Below are positions 36,982-49,300 of a stretch of DNA of 64,000 nt, one piece after another (within the stretch, counting starts at the first letter, position 1; the number at the start of each line of letters is the position of its first letter). The stretch covers positions 22,519,168 to 22,583,167 of the forward strand of contig OZ316891.1 in assembly GCA_973895155.1 (NCBI GenBank), given 5' to 3'. The position numbers and the translations under genes are program-made. Under the pieces are notes generated by a model. That model did not search any database, had not been told where the DNA came from, and worked only from the letters and a program-made list of their open reading frames with translations. The DNA is from Marsupella aquatica. Lineage: Eukaryota > Plantae > Marchantiophyta.

Positions 36982-39900
36982 TTACATAGAACCACATGAT
37001 CCAATAAGAAGATCGTAAATGTCACTAGAAGTAATCAAAGTTGTTCCCCCTAGCAGTAACTCAATGCCTTCTGCACCAGGCATAGCGGCTTGAGCTTCCC
37101 TTGCTTCTCTGACCTGAAAATCACAAGAACCAGCACTGATTTAGAGCAAGAGCTGAGAAGTTCCGTTACTGATAGTACTTTCAAATATACTACATTGTCC
37201 ATAACTTAGCTAGCAAGGACTAGTATAATTAAGAAATCCATTCCCACAAAGGCCATCGCCCCCACAAAGGGAATAGGATCAGTCCAAAGCAACGTTACCT
37301 CTACGAAGTTAAGTCCTCCAATGATAAAAACCAAAATTACTTTTTGGTCGCTTATCTTTGGCTTAGCCTGCACAGGACCAGAATCGTGTCAAACTGACAA
37401 AGTCATTGCAGAAATAAAAAGTCATAGCAAACACTGGTAATTGAAAATCAATAAACAGAAATTGCATACAATCCGGCAATAGTTTTAACCTGTCGTAGAC
37501 CGAATCTGCCCAAGCCACCTTTGAAGAAACGCCCCATGCCAGAGGCGTGATGCTCTAAGCCTGGAATGTCCGCTTTTGAAAATATAAGAGAGAGTAATTT
37601 GTTCAACAACCCCGTATGTGCTCCCCCATTGTTAAATTGATTCTCTACAGGGAGAAGCAGCTCTCGAAAAGGACTTTTAGAACTTGCAGCAGAAACTTTA
37701 TGCAAAACATTGAAGACTTCTCCAAGTTTATCACGCAGTTCTAATTTCAGTTGCACTTCTCCATACTCTTCAATTTCTTCCTCATCTTGCGCGGCAGGGT
37801 CTACGCCTTCCCATCTGTCCCAATCATCATCCATTGATGCAGCTTGCTGGGAAACAGCATCATCGCTTGGCTTTAGGGTTTTCTTCATTTTTGTCCCCTG
37901 CAGATGCGCAGCAAGTGCACTTTCAAGGTTTTTTAAGAACCCCAGTGATGCTCCAGGTGAACCTTGCAAAATAGCCTCCACAATGGATTCTTTCAAACCT
38001 TGTTCCTCTTCCCAGAGAAAAGGGCCTCCTTGGCCTTCAACATGCATATCCTCTCCAGCAAGTCCATACCCCACAATGGCAAGAGACAAAGCATCTCTCA
38101 GTGACAGGAGGTCAGCAGAGGAGGCACTTCCTGAAGGTCTCCGCATGCTTTGGGCATACTGGTCCACAATGTCTTGGACCTGCAGGGCAATACTTTGAGT
38201 GCTGTCTCCAGCACTAAGCATTAAAATTCTCTCTGCTCCAGCAAATGTATCCCAACGAGAACCCGACCCCGGCCCTAGTGCTTCTTCTGCTGCTCGTGCT
38301 ATTTGTATCAGAGCCATATGCCGTAAAGCCATTCCTGAATTGTCACTTAATGCTCTCCTCAATGAACGCAATTCCTTGATACTCACAGCCCCTAACCGAC
38401 CCTTTCCTGGAACATTAACCTTCTCTTGCCGAAGCGCTTCCTGAAGCCACTTCCGAATTAGCAATATTGAATCTTTAGTTCGTTTCTCAAGTAAAGTCTC
38501 CATGTATTCAGAGCCTTTTCGATCCCAAGAAGTGCTTAAAGAACCCCCCAACAAGTCAGCCGTTCCTGCAGCTGTATGTGTTGATGAGGGGACAAGATTG
38601 TCAACTCCCTTGGTACTTATTAAAGGAAAGAATGGAAAACACATCCTTGATATGATAGGATGCCCAATATTGTCATCATCGGGATTGACAGGTACTCTCA
38701 GATCCATTGGAGGGCGAGCAATTGTCGATGACAGCACTGAATGAGGAGGCACTGATCTTCTAGGCAGTGAGAAAAATATTCTATCGAGCAAAGAATCACC
38801 ATGGCAACTAGGTGTGATTAGATCTTGACTACGATCAACCAGGACCAGTCCTGCCGGACGCCGAGGGTGTCCTATTCCTTCATGAGGGCTTGAAAGTCCC
38901 GACATAATTTTTCCAACAACATGCGCCAGAGGTCCAAGAGTGAATACTTCACATTTTAAGTCCATCTGCAGAGAACAACAAACCATGCGATTAATTTCGT
39001 CAGTTGTACTCACCATAGATAGTGACGTGTGTAGAGTTTAACTTCCTTGGTTCGGTCATTCACTCGACTAAATAACTTGTAATTTCGATGTGTCCTAACT
39101 AAACGAATCTTTACCAATAAATTTCTAGGTGCCTTAGGAGAGTGGTTCCTCCCTAAATATAGACTTGGTAGAGATATTTCTGTACTGCAAGATTAATATC
39201 TACCGCTAGGACTGTCCAAGAGGAGGCGGGGCATGATTCGTAATCACACTGAAAGAGATGTGTAAATCAGCCTTCCGAATACATTAGGAGATGGAAGACG
39301 GCTAACGAGACTCCTCAGAGTGAAGAAATAGACCTGGGCAATGATATGCTGCAGACAATGTGCAATAAGTGTCGCACCGGCTGGAATATGTTGATCTCCA
39401 GCTGCTTGGGACGCAAGATCTATTCCTGGAATACCTTGCCCTACTGCATGAGTGTCCCGATGATCGGCAAGTGGGGCCTCTGCAACTGACCCCCTAGATG
39501 GGAGCACAAATACTGATTTTGTGAAGGAGCAAACCATCATTGGGATGTGCTTCACTTGTATCTCCGGGACTTCCCATTCAGGCGAACTCTGCTGCTTGGG
39601 AACTTCCACACCATCTTTTCGTTTACCTTCGTCTTCTCTACCCCAATCAATACCTTTTAATACCTTCGATGTCGGAGCTCTTGACGATGGATTTTCTGTC
39701 CCACCCGCCTGGGAGGGTGGTGTCAAATCTCGAATGAGTGAATTTTTGTAATCATGGAAAGCATCGAGACCAAAGGCAGTGTCTGGATGGGCTGAATGTG
39801 CTTCCTGCGACATATACAAACATTGAATCAACTAGTGGATTCCAGGAAATGAAACATATCATAAACTTGAAAATCCTCGGTGACCCACGGAGATTCTTAC

Positions 39901-41160
39901 GACTCCGGCCAGGATTTTCATGCAAACTAGTGTTTGAAGGTAAGTGTACAGGATACGGAAACACTACATTCCCTCGTTCGCTTGTTGGCTATAATACTCA
40001 GTATGTTCTCAACGGAGCAATGACGCAGAAATAGGACCAGCACAAAACGCACGACCTAAATCTCCATTTATATTAGTTATTAATGAGCTTATTACCTCGG
40101 AAATGGAAGTCCAGATCGTGCAATGCCTAACAGTGGGATGCATGCCCAGGCATCGTATAACATCGTGATGCGATTCCGTTAATAGTACTGACGTCAAGAT
40201 CACAATCTTCTCAACCGGTTCCAGCTCTGTCCCTCTCCATGAAATAGCCTGCATTCCACTACATCCAGTAGGTCAAACCAGGTTCGAACGACAATATCTC
40301 GAAGTAAACATTCCAAACTCTGTTAGTGCATTCCAATACCCCCAGAACTCAGCCGTGAAGGCTTTATAATTGGAGTGACAGACATACGCTCTCGCACAAA
40401 GTCCTGCCACTACAACGCTTCCAGGGACCATTACTTAAACCATCAAACCCCCTTTGCAATTTCGGCACAGGGTCCGGACAATGTCAATATACAATCAGGC
40501 TTGGTGCAAGCTGAACATAGGTAAAGAAACATCTCAGGTGCTTCCTCTTGCCCATCATATCTGCAAACCACATTATCACATTGCAACCAGGAACCCTAAA
40601 CTCGTTAATTCTCTTCAAAAGCTCCATCACAAGAAGGTAGAAGAAACCTACACCATCAAAAGGCGAAGCTTGCTCCAGGCTGCAAATTGACCTAGCTCCA
40701 AGCTCGAGCATAGGAGCTAACCCTCCATTAAAATGAAACGCCTCCCCAGCTCCGGCGTCCATGTATAAAATTCCATCCTCCACACCCTCTTGCACCTACA
40801 CGACCACAACCACAGTGGCATGCCAGTCATTAGAAAGAAAGCATAATTACAGCATTTGTTACGCTAGAGAATTTGACCACCTCCGATGCACAGCATCAGT
40901 ATTGGATCAACCAGAGATCTTCCGCATAGAATCTCATCAGGCCGTATACTGCTGGTGGGTCGTTAGACCATCTATTCTAACTGCAGGGATCATCTCATCG
41001 AAATCCTAGTGAGGGTGAGGAAATTGTGCGTAATTGTGCAATTCACTTCCGAAATTTAAGAACAAATCAGAGAGATGGCAACCAGCTGAGAGACAGACAG
41101 ATGCAGCGGACTCACCAGGGCGAGACATCTCTGGCACTCTTGAATCAGATCCAAGCCCAT
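36982..41160 (-). CDS. MIP3: Sec1 family domain-containing protein (MAG2-interacting protein 3 / SCFD2), 7 exons, 829 aa
   Basis: Exons 41160-41116, 40795-40652, 40248-40096, 39804-39334, 38965-37490, 37367-37299, 37113-36982 (2490 nt, all phase 0). Motifs ILYMDAG..EAF...LELGARSICSLE, LVLVDRSQDLITPSCHGDSLLDRIF, GLGRFGLRQAKP, VFIIGGLN, LLLGGTTL. Confidence 0.9.
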
Positions 41161-42123
41161 TTTGGGGGACTCAGGCTGCTCGGCTTTGCTCCGTGTAGCC
41201 CTTCAGCAGTTCATTATTACCGCACTAGCCAGCTCGATCCATGTCCGCAGCTGCCGCCTGCACAATCCTGCCTCATGCGATCAAATGAGGGGGCTGAGAG
41301 AGTACTCCTTTCGATTGAAAGACTGACGAGAAAATTCATATTTGGGGCAATCGACCTCCTTGCCTGACGGTGTGAGAAGTAAAATTGTTTTGTCCTAAGA
41401 GCATCTTCACCCTACTACACCATTACAGTTGTTCCCTATTGCTCTAGTTTTGTTATTACTAGAGTGTTTCCCTATTGCTCTATATTTGACTGCAAGTTAA
41501 ATCTACACCGCGTTAATGCTCCCTGATCGTCCTGGTGCCCCGTACACTGCCCGTCCCAGTCCCCGATGTTGTTGTTGAGCATAGACAACATTCGCAACGG
41601 CAAGCCCATGAACCATCCAACGCACAATAGTCGACACAAAGAGATACGTGGTTCACCTCCATATGAGGCTACGTCCACGGGAACATACAAGAGCTTTACT
41701 GCACCCTAGGCCGATCGGCCATACCAAGCATCCACAGCACAAGCTCTTCCTATCTCTCAACTAGCTCCGTAATAATGAGCCTAAGTTCCACCAGGGTCTG
41801 GCATCAGCCCTGGCTATATGCACAATAGCACTACCGCTAACATTAGCTAAGTTCTAACCCGAGTTAGCCTAATTGTAGTTAGCTCATGAGTCACAAGACT
41901 AAAGCAATATCTAACAAACTCCCCCTTGACTCTTGTCTTGGGGACTGGACTAAATGCTACCATATGGAATCCTCAGCGGGAAGTTCTAGACAATCACCAA
42001 ACCAGGTCTCCCCCTAAAAACCACAAGGGTTAACTAAGGGTTAACTAGAACTAAGCCGTAGCCTAACAGGAATGAGTAATCCATATACAAATAGTCACAC
42101 ATTGCTAAATAACTCTACTTGCA

Positions 42124-45100
42124 CTACAACTGCAAAACCTGCAAAGTAACACGGTGTTTTGAGAAACTCTCCAAAGGAATCACTTTGGTAAAGGCATCAG
42201 CGGGATTGAGTTTTCCATCAATCTTGACTAGCTCAAAAGTTTTATCAGACACTGCTTGCCTGATAAAATGGTACCTGATATCAATGTGCTTCACCCTGCT
42301 ATCCATCACCTGGTTAGCAGCCAAGTGAAGAGCACTCTGACTATCACAGTTTAGAGTCATTTTTCCATGCTCTAAACCCATCTTCGCGATCAACTTATCC
42401 AACCAAATTGCTTCCTTTGCAGCTTCTGCTGCTGCAACATACTCTGCTTCTGTAGTAGACTGAGATATGCACTTCTGCAAGGTAGATTTCCAACTGATAC
42501 ATCCTCCTCCAAGAGTGTATACAAACCCAGTTGTAGATCTCCTTGTATCCAGACAGCCTCCATAGTCAGAATCTACATAGCCAACTAACGTTCTATTTGA
42601 TCTGTTATCAAATAGTAATCCATAGTCCTGTGTTCCCATCATATACCTGAGAATCCATTTCACAGCTTCCCAATGTACCTTCCCTGGATTTGACATGAAT
42701 CTGCTAACCTTGCCCATCGCTAGGGCCAAGTCAGGCCTAGTACAAGTCATCAAATACATCAGACTGCCTACTGCCTTCTCATAAGGAATCTTAGTCATCA
42801 GACCTTTCTCCACAACATCCGTAGGAGAGAAAGCCGATGATAACTTGAAATGTGAAGCTAAAGGAATACTCACTGGCTTACAGTTCTCCATGTTGAATCT
42901 TGCAAGTACTTTCCTTGCATACTGGCCTTGACTCAAGCACAACTGTCCAGTCTCAGAGTTCCTAAAAATCTCCATCCCTAAGATCCTCTTAGCCTTACCA
43001 AGATCCTTCATCTTGAATTCAGCGCTCAATTTCGCCTTGAGACTGTCAACCTCAAATTGGTCTTTAGCCACAATTAGCATGTCATCCACATAGATCACCA
43101 GAATGATGAAACCAAATACATCATTCTTGATTGATTTCGTATACACACAAGGATCATACACCATCCTTGTAAAATCTTGAGCAAGCATGAAATCATCAAA
43201 CCGCTTGTTCCACTGTCTAGGAGACTGCTTCAATCCATACAAGGACTTGAGTAATCTACAAACTAAGTTCTCTTGGCCTTTCTTCATAAAGCCTAGCGGC
43301 TGTCTCATGAAGATCATCTCTTCCAAGTTGCCATAGAGAAAAGCAGTAACAACATCCATCTGATCCATCACCAGATTAAAAAACACAACAAGCTGACACA
43401 AGATCCGAATTGTGGAATACTTAGCCACCGGTGAAAAGACCTCATTGTAGTCCACTCCTTTCTCCGGAGTGAATCCCTTGGCAACAAGCCTTGCCTTGTA
43501 GATCTTATCTCCACCCTCTGAAGGACTGTCCTTCAACTTGTAAATCCACTTGTTGTCCACCACTTGCTGACCTCTTGGAAGCTCCACCAGCTCCCATGTC
43601 TTGTTGTCACTCAAAGATTGCAACTCCCTCTGCATTGCTGCATTCCACTCATGCTTCTGCTCTGAAGCACAAGCCTCACTGTACGAAGCAGACTCTCCTT
43701 CTTCCAAGATCAAAGCCATGTCATCATCATCAAGTGCAATGTCAATACCATCTAGCTTAGATGAGTCTGCCCATTGACCATACTTGGTAGGAGCTCTAGT
43801 AGAACGACTGGAAGTTCTTCTAGTAGATGACTCAGGCTGATCTGCTGTTGTTGCTGGTTGAATTTGAGGTACCCTAGCAACAATCTGCTCCTCTTGTTCC
43901 ATCACAGGAACCAGTTCCAAGCCCGGAGCTTCTCCATCTCTCCTGTCATGAACAGCATCATGACTAATCTCCCCCTCAACCGGGTCCGGGATGGGAGATT
44001 TCCCCTTTTCAGTATGGGAGTCCTGAGAACTCTCCCCCTCCTTTGATGATTTGGACTCATTAAAGGACACATCTCTACTGACAATTAGTTTACAGGTTAC
44101 TGGATCCCATAACCTATAACCCTTCACACCTTTCTGATAGCCAAGAAAAAAACACTTCTTCGACTTGGACTCCAGTTTGGATCGAAGCTGGGAAGGTGTA
44201 AGCACATAAGCATCACATCCAAAAATCCTCAGATGTGAATAATCTGCTGGACGCTTGTACCTCATTTCATATGGCGTCTTGAATCCAATAGAACTGGATG
44301 GAGAAAAATTTACCAAATAAGCTGCAGTGTTGACAGCTTCAGCCCAAAACTCATGTGGTAAGCATGATTGACTCAACATACTCCTCGAGCGGTCCAATAG
44401 TGTTCGGTTGAGTCTCTCAGAAACACCATTTTGCTGAGGAGTATAATTTGTTGTGAGATGGCGGGTAATCCCTTGCTCCTTACAATACGTTCCAAATTCC
44501 TCGGAACTGTATTCACCGCCGTTATCCGATCGAAGATATCTCACCTTATTACCAGTCTGATTCTCAACTTGGGCTTTCCACTCCTTAAAAGTGGCAAAAA
44601 CATCAGACTTATTGTGTAGAAAGTATATCCACACATACCTTGAGTAATCGTCTATAAACGTGACATAGTATAACCGTCCAGAATGTGAGGGAGTAGGGGC
44701 TGGACCCCACACATCACTATGTACATACTCAAGTACCTCCTTGCTGGTGTGAGTTCCAACTCCGAAGGGTTTCCTGTGCTGCTTCCCTAGCACACAGTGC
44801 TCACAAAATTCCAACTTACAAGACTGCAAATTAGAAAGTAATCCTTTCTTCTGAAGAATAACCAAACCTTTTTCACTCATGTGGCCCAAACGGAAGTGCC
44901 ACAGCCGGGCCGTCTCCTCATGAGATAAGGTTGCATTGGCTTCATCACTGACTACACTACCCTCCAAAACGTATAGATTGCAATGTCTCTTTCCCTTCAA
45001 TACAACTTTAGTACCAGTTGAAACCTGAAGGACACCATTAGCAGAACTCCACTGATGGCCATTTGCTTCTAAAACTCCAAGTGAAATGAGATTTTTCATC

Positions 45101-45342
45101 ATGCTGGGAATATGTCTTACATTCTTCAACGTTCTCACAACACCATCAAACATCTGAAATCTTACAGATCCAAGTCCAACAACTTGACATGGGATTCCAT
45201 TTCCCATCAACACTGACCCGTTGGAAACTGTGTAAGAACTGAAAAAATCTCTCCTAGAGCAAATGTGAAAATTACATGCACTATCTAGAATCCAGTCATC
45301 ACTACCTGGATTTGACAGTACGTTGAGAGCATAGCCTTGACA
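42124..45342 (-). CDS. pol: Copia Pol (protease, integrase, RT, RNase H); uninterrupted and in frame with gag after a single TGA
   Basis: WILDSAC, LWHFRLGH, HSDVWGP, LRSDNGGEY, LYGLKQSPRQW, YVDDM, GYVDSD, ADAFTK; open from 45342 to 42124. Confidence 0.92.
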   Translation of the reverse strand, partial: CQGYALNVLSNPGSDDWILDSACNFHICSRRDFFSSYTVSNGSVLMGNGIPCQVVGLGSVRFQMFDGVVRTLKNVRHIPSMMKNLISLGVLEANGHQWSSANGVLQVSTGTKVVLKGKRHCNLYVLEGSVVSDEANATLSHEETARLWHFRLGHMSEKGLVILQKKGLLSNLQSCKLEFCEHCVLGKQHRKPFGVGTHTSKEVLEYVHSDVWGPAPTPSHSGRLYYVTFIDDYSRYVWIYFLHNKSDVFATFKEWKAQVENQTGNKVRYLRSDNGGEYSSEEFGTYCKEQGITRHLTTNYTPQQNGVSERLNRTLLDRSRSMLSQSCLPHEFWAEAVNTAAYLVNFSPSSSIGFKTPYEMRYKRPADYSHLRIFGCDAYVLTPSQLRSKLESKSKKCFFLGYQKGVKGYRLWDPVTCKLIVSRDVSFNESKSSKEGESSQDSHTEKGKSPIPDPVEGEISHDAVHDRRDGEAPGLELVPVMEQEEQIVARVPQIQPATTADQPESSTRRTSSRSTRAPTKYGQWADSSKLDGIDIALDDDDMALILEEGESASYSEACASEQKHEWNAAMQRELQSLSDNKTWELVELPRGQQVVDNKWIYKLKDSPSEGGDKIYKARLVAKGFTPEKGVDYNEVFSPVAKYSTIRILCQLVVFFNLVMDQMDVVTAFLYGNLEEMIFMRQPLGFMKKGQENLVCRLLKSLYGLKQSPRQWNKRFDDFMLAQDFTRMVYDPCVYTKSIKNDVFGFIILVIYVDDMLIVAKDQFEVDSLKAKLSAEFKMKDLGKAKRILGMEIFRNSETGQLCLSQGQYARKVLARFNMENCKPVSIPLASHFKLSSAFSPTDVVEKGLMTKIPYEKAVGSLMYLMTCTRPDLALAMGKVSRFMSNPGKVHWEAVKWILRYMMGTQDYGLLFDNRSNRTLVGYVDSDYGGCLDTRRSTTGFVYTLGGGCISWKSTLQKCISQSTTEAEYVAAAEAAKEAIWLDKLIAKMGLEHGKMTLNCDSQSALHLAANQVMDSRVKHIDIRYHFIRQAVSDKTFELVKIDGKLNPADAFTKVIPLESFSKHRVTLQVLQL

Positions 45343-46398
45343 TCACAATATGTCATCATCATCGAGTAAATCTACCTCATGCGAGCTTGATGCCGCGTTA
45401 GCAGAGGCAGTAGGGACCTTTACTCGACAATCCCTTTTCATGTGGCCAGGCTTGCCACAATTCCAACATGCAAGAGGCTTCCTCTCTTGCGATTTCCCTC
45501 TGGATTTAGATCTCCCCCGTGATGTAGATCTAAACCTGTTCTGTCCATTTGTGCGCTGCGCTGCTCTTCCCCTGTTCATATTGAGCGCAGTGCCAGAAGA
45601 AGATGTTGTCTGTGATTGACCCAACTTCTTCTGAGCATCATCAGACAATAATGAACTCACCACCTCATTATACGAAATGGACTTCAGATCTCTATACAAG
45701 AGCACTTGTTTCAAGCCCTGATATGACGGCGGTAAGGAGCTTAGCAGAAGCAAGGCCTTATCCTCATCTTCAACTCCTTTTCCCAGGTTTGACAGATCCA
45801 CCGCTAGACTATCAAATTCATCCAGGTGATCCTGCATCTTGCTCCCTTCCTTGAGCCTGAGGCTCATCAAGAGAGACTTCTTGTACAACCGGTCTGACGC
45901 ATCTTCCCGGTAGTACTTCTCTCTTAGAGCCTTGAACAGTGATGTGCAATCCGCATAATCATCCAGTTGCTTGATGATGTGCGGCTTGAGATATAGCATC
46001 ACTGCATTGACAGCAATCACCTGCTCCTGTCTCCATTGCCTCACTGAAATCTCCTCCTCTCCATCATACTGCTCTCGCGATGAAAGCAGATGAGCTAAGC
46101 CCATGGCCCGAAGAACACCCTTCACTTGCTTCTCCCATAGCAAGTAATCAGTACGACCATCGTACTTCTCCACCTCAAACTTTACTCCTCCGAATCTAGC
46201 CATCTCCCTCTTCTTCCCAACTACCAACAGCTCTGGTAGTAGTACAGCTTCCTCCACTGCACGCCGCACTGGTGATCGTACCGGTGTTACTTGTTCCTCC
46301 TCAAATGGTAGTAGCTCCTCCTCAGACTCACCGTCTGAACGTCGCGATCCTGAAGCTCCACCGACACCAATTCTTCCAGTATCCTCCGAGTCACTCAT
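45343..46398 (-). CDS. gag: Copia Gag
   Basis: KFEVEKYDGRTDYLLW, ALLLLSSLPPSY, zinc knuckle CWNCGKPGHMKRDC; ends DDDDIL-TGA. Start could be the ATG at 46398 or the internal MARFGG. Confidence 0.88.
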   Translation of the reverse strand: MSDSEDTGRIGVGGASGSRRSDGESEEELLPFEEEQVTPVRSPVRRAVEEAVLLPELLVVGKKREMARFGGVKFEVEKYDGRTDYLLWEKQVKGVLRAMGLAHLLSSREQYDGEEEISVRQWRQEQVIAVNAVMLYLKPHIIKQLDDYADCTSLFKALREKYYREDASDRLYKKSLLMSLRLKEGSKMQDHLDEFDSLAVDLSNLGKGVEDEDKALLLLSSLPPSYQGLKQVLLYRDLKSISYNEVVSSLLSDDAQKKLGQSQTTSSSGTALNMNRGRAAQRTNGQNRFRSTSRGRSKSRGKSQERKPLACWNCGKPGHMKRDCRVKVPTASANAASSSHEVDLLDDDDIL

Positions 46399-49300
46399 AT
46401 GAAACAATCATGAAAAAATATCTTTTTTCAAAACTTCTCGCAAAACTCAAAACTCAACACCGCCACGGCCCACGAAGCTAGGAGTCCAATACTGAAAACC
46501 GAAATCAAAATCGAAATTCGACAGAAAAGTTATTCAAATTTTGGTCGGGGTGGGTAAAACCTTGGGAAACTCCCCCGTTTTGACCACCTCGGAGAATAAC
46601 CAAAATACCAAGTACAACCCGTCGTCGGAATTGGGATGTGATTGGTGCGCCGCGTTGCTAACTCCAGTGGCAACGTCCTCACCGAAAAAGAACCAACAAA
46701 GTTACTGTTCGGCGGACGGATTCTTTGCCGGACGACCGAAAAATAGCTCTCTCTTTTTTGGGAATATTCCCGCACAGTCCGACAGGTCTCACAGGGGGCT
46801 GTTCCCCCTGTCGGAGCAGTTAAAACGGAGGGCGGCAGGTCCCGGCACAAGGAGAACAAGAGGAAGCGGAAAAAAGGTTAAAAATAGGCCTAAAGGGGGT
46901 GCTAAGGCCCTTTTTTGAAAAATACACTCTAAAACGCGCACACGCATTGCGCATACGCGTGTCGAGCGTACAGGGTGTACAGGGCATCGGGCCGGGTACG
47001 AGTCGTAGCCGTGGCCGGTTTACGAGGCGTATGGCCGGGGTGAGGTCAGCCGGATCACGGCTGCTAAGGCAGTCGCATATTCGCGACTACAGGGTCCCGT
47101 GAGGGGCCGGCCGGGGGTTCACTAAGGAAGGAGGGCAGGGACGGGGCCTAAAGGAGGTGCGACCGGCGGCAGCAGCCGGCCGGCGCAAGACAAGTAAATG
47201 GGGCCGGGGCGTGGGCGACGAGGAGCCCGAAAGGGGGGAGGGACAGGGTGCGCCCGGTCACGCGTATAGCGCCGGCCGGCGCTGCGTGAGGCGCCGTGCG
47301 CCTAATATCACGGGGTGCGGGGCGGTGGGGGCAATTCAATACGTGGCCGATACAAGGCCGATATGAGGTGTGTATACACCTCGTTAAAAGACGCCCTAAA
47401 ACCCCCTATAAATGCCAAAAATTGACTCCGCAAGTAACGTGACAAATGCACACCTTAATTGCCGCTGTTTCTCATGAGAAAGTGAACGCCGCCGACGGGA
47501 AAAGTTGCCGAATTGAATCGGCATAGTCTGCAGCTCCAGCAGAGTAAATAATTTCCGTCGCGTCGTCGTCACTCCGCGTCAAGTGCCAATCCCGGGCTCA
47601 AAATGACCGCCTCGCCGCGATCAAACCGTTGAGCCATGGCACTTCGCATCTCTTCCACCGAATCGGACGTCACGAAGAGAAACCCGGTTTAGATGAGAAT
47701 AAGCTCCATAGCTTGTGAAAAAACCTGAACGCCTTCGTCACTCGTCACGTCGCACTCGGTAACAACTCGGCAGCAACTCAGCTACCGAAACGACCAGCTC
47801 GTTTCAACCTTCAACTTGAGCAATAATGTGCGATCCCCCGAACACCGCACAGCTCACTCCGTTGAAAAACACGAACTCTGGTCTCTCCCCCAAAAAATAC
47901 CGTCGAACACGAATAAACCTTGAACGACGCAAACTTCAATTCCTCCGCACCACGGATACCGATCAGCGAGTTCTAACCACCGTTAGAAAGCCCTCTCACT
48001 AACCTATCTGCTCAGCCACACACAATCAAGTTTCATGCGACGAAACTCTGAATGTACCATCGACAATGAACGCTGGAAAAACCTGTCACGAAAAAACCTC
48101 ATCACCTCCCAGGCATGCTCTGATACCACTTGTTGAGCATAGACGACATTCGCAATGGCAAGCCCATGAACCATCCAACGCACAATAGTCAACACAGAGA
48201 GATATGTGGTTCACCTCCACATGAGGCTACGTCCACGGGAACACACAAGAGCTTTACTGCACTCTAGGCCGACCGGCCATACCAAGCATCCACAGCACAA
48301 GCTCTTCCTATCTCTCAACTAGCTCCGTAACAATGAGCCTAAGTTCCACCAGGGTCTGGCATCAGCCCTGGCTATATGCACAATAGCACTACGGCTAACA
48401 TTAGCTAAGTCCTAACCCGAGTTAGCCTAACTGTAGTTAGCTCATGAGTCACAAGACTAGAGCAATATCTAACAGTTGTTTCCCGCTACGGCCCGAGTTT
48501 GCCAGAACGTAAACTAATACTCTATCATTTTTTCACCCGCTCCGGCCCGATCTAAACATTGTGCCATTGACTTTAGGTTTATGTTTTGGCACCCTTTACC
48601 TTTTGTGGCTCGCTCCAGGCCTATCAACTTTGTGCCATCAACTTCTTCCTTGTGGAGTTGTGGTTCATGTTCTGGCAACATTCTTGTCCAACAAAGTCAT
48701 GCCCCGCTAGGGAGTCGTGCTTGCTTCGTAACAAAGTATAGCCTAGTACTTTGGTTAGAAATCATGATTGATAGAGTCTTGGTCGCTGTTGTTCTGCCAA
48801 ATGTTTCTTCTCTATGGAGTTGTGGTTCATTTTTTGGCAACACTTCTTTCCAATGGAGTCATCTTTGTTTCATAATTGTTTCATAATAGAGTCTAAGTGT
48901 TCAGGCAGTACTTTGGATAAGAGTCATGATTAATGATAGAGTATTGGTTTATGTTATGGCAAACTTGGGCCAGAGCAACCAACAACAATGGGGACTTGGG
49001 CTGGAGCGGACGAAAGCAAGTGAAGGGTGCCAGAACATAAACTCAAAGTCGACGGCACAAAGTTGTTCGAGCCGGAGCAGGTGACAAAATGGTAGAGTGT
49101 AGTTTATGTTCTGGCAAACTCGGGCCGGAGCGGGCAGCAACATCGGGGACTGGGACGGGCAGTGTACGGGGTCCCAAGAAGATTGGGGAGCATTAATGCG
49201 GTGTAGATTTAACGCGGGGTTATATTTGTTACTATTGCTCTAGTTTTGTTTTTACTAGCCTGTTCCCTCTTGCTCTATATTTGTTAATGCAAGCCTGATT

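Larger units (their letters stand above)
41573..48474 (-). mobile_element. Full-length Ty1/copia LTR retrotransposon, Tork/Tnt1-like
   Basis: 344-bp TG...CA LTRs at 41573-41916 and 48131-48474 (14 mismatches by my count); 5-bp TSD GTTGT; tRNA-iMet PBS TGGTATCAGAGC at 48117-48128; PPT TCAAGGGGGAGTT. Confidence 0.96.
41489..49220. mobile_element. Non-autonomous long-TIR DNA element (~830 bp without the insert), interrupted by the second copia
   Basis: Left arm 41489-41572 plus 48480-~48600 is the imperfect reverse complement of ~49020-49220 (gttaaatctacaccgc.ttaatgctccc...cgtacactgcccgtcccagtccccgatgtt...). 8-bp direct repeat TATATTTG at 41481-41488 and 49221-49228. Confidence 0.75.
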
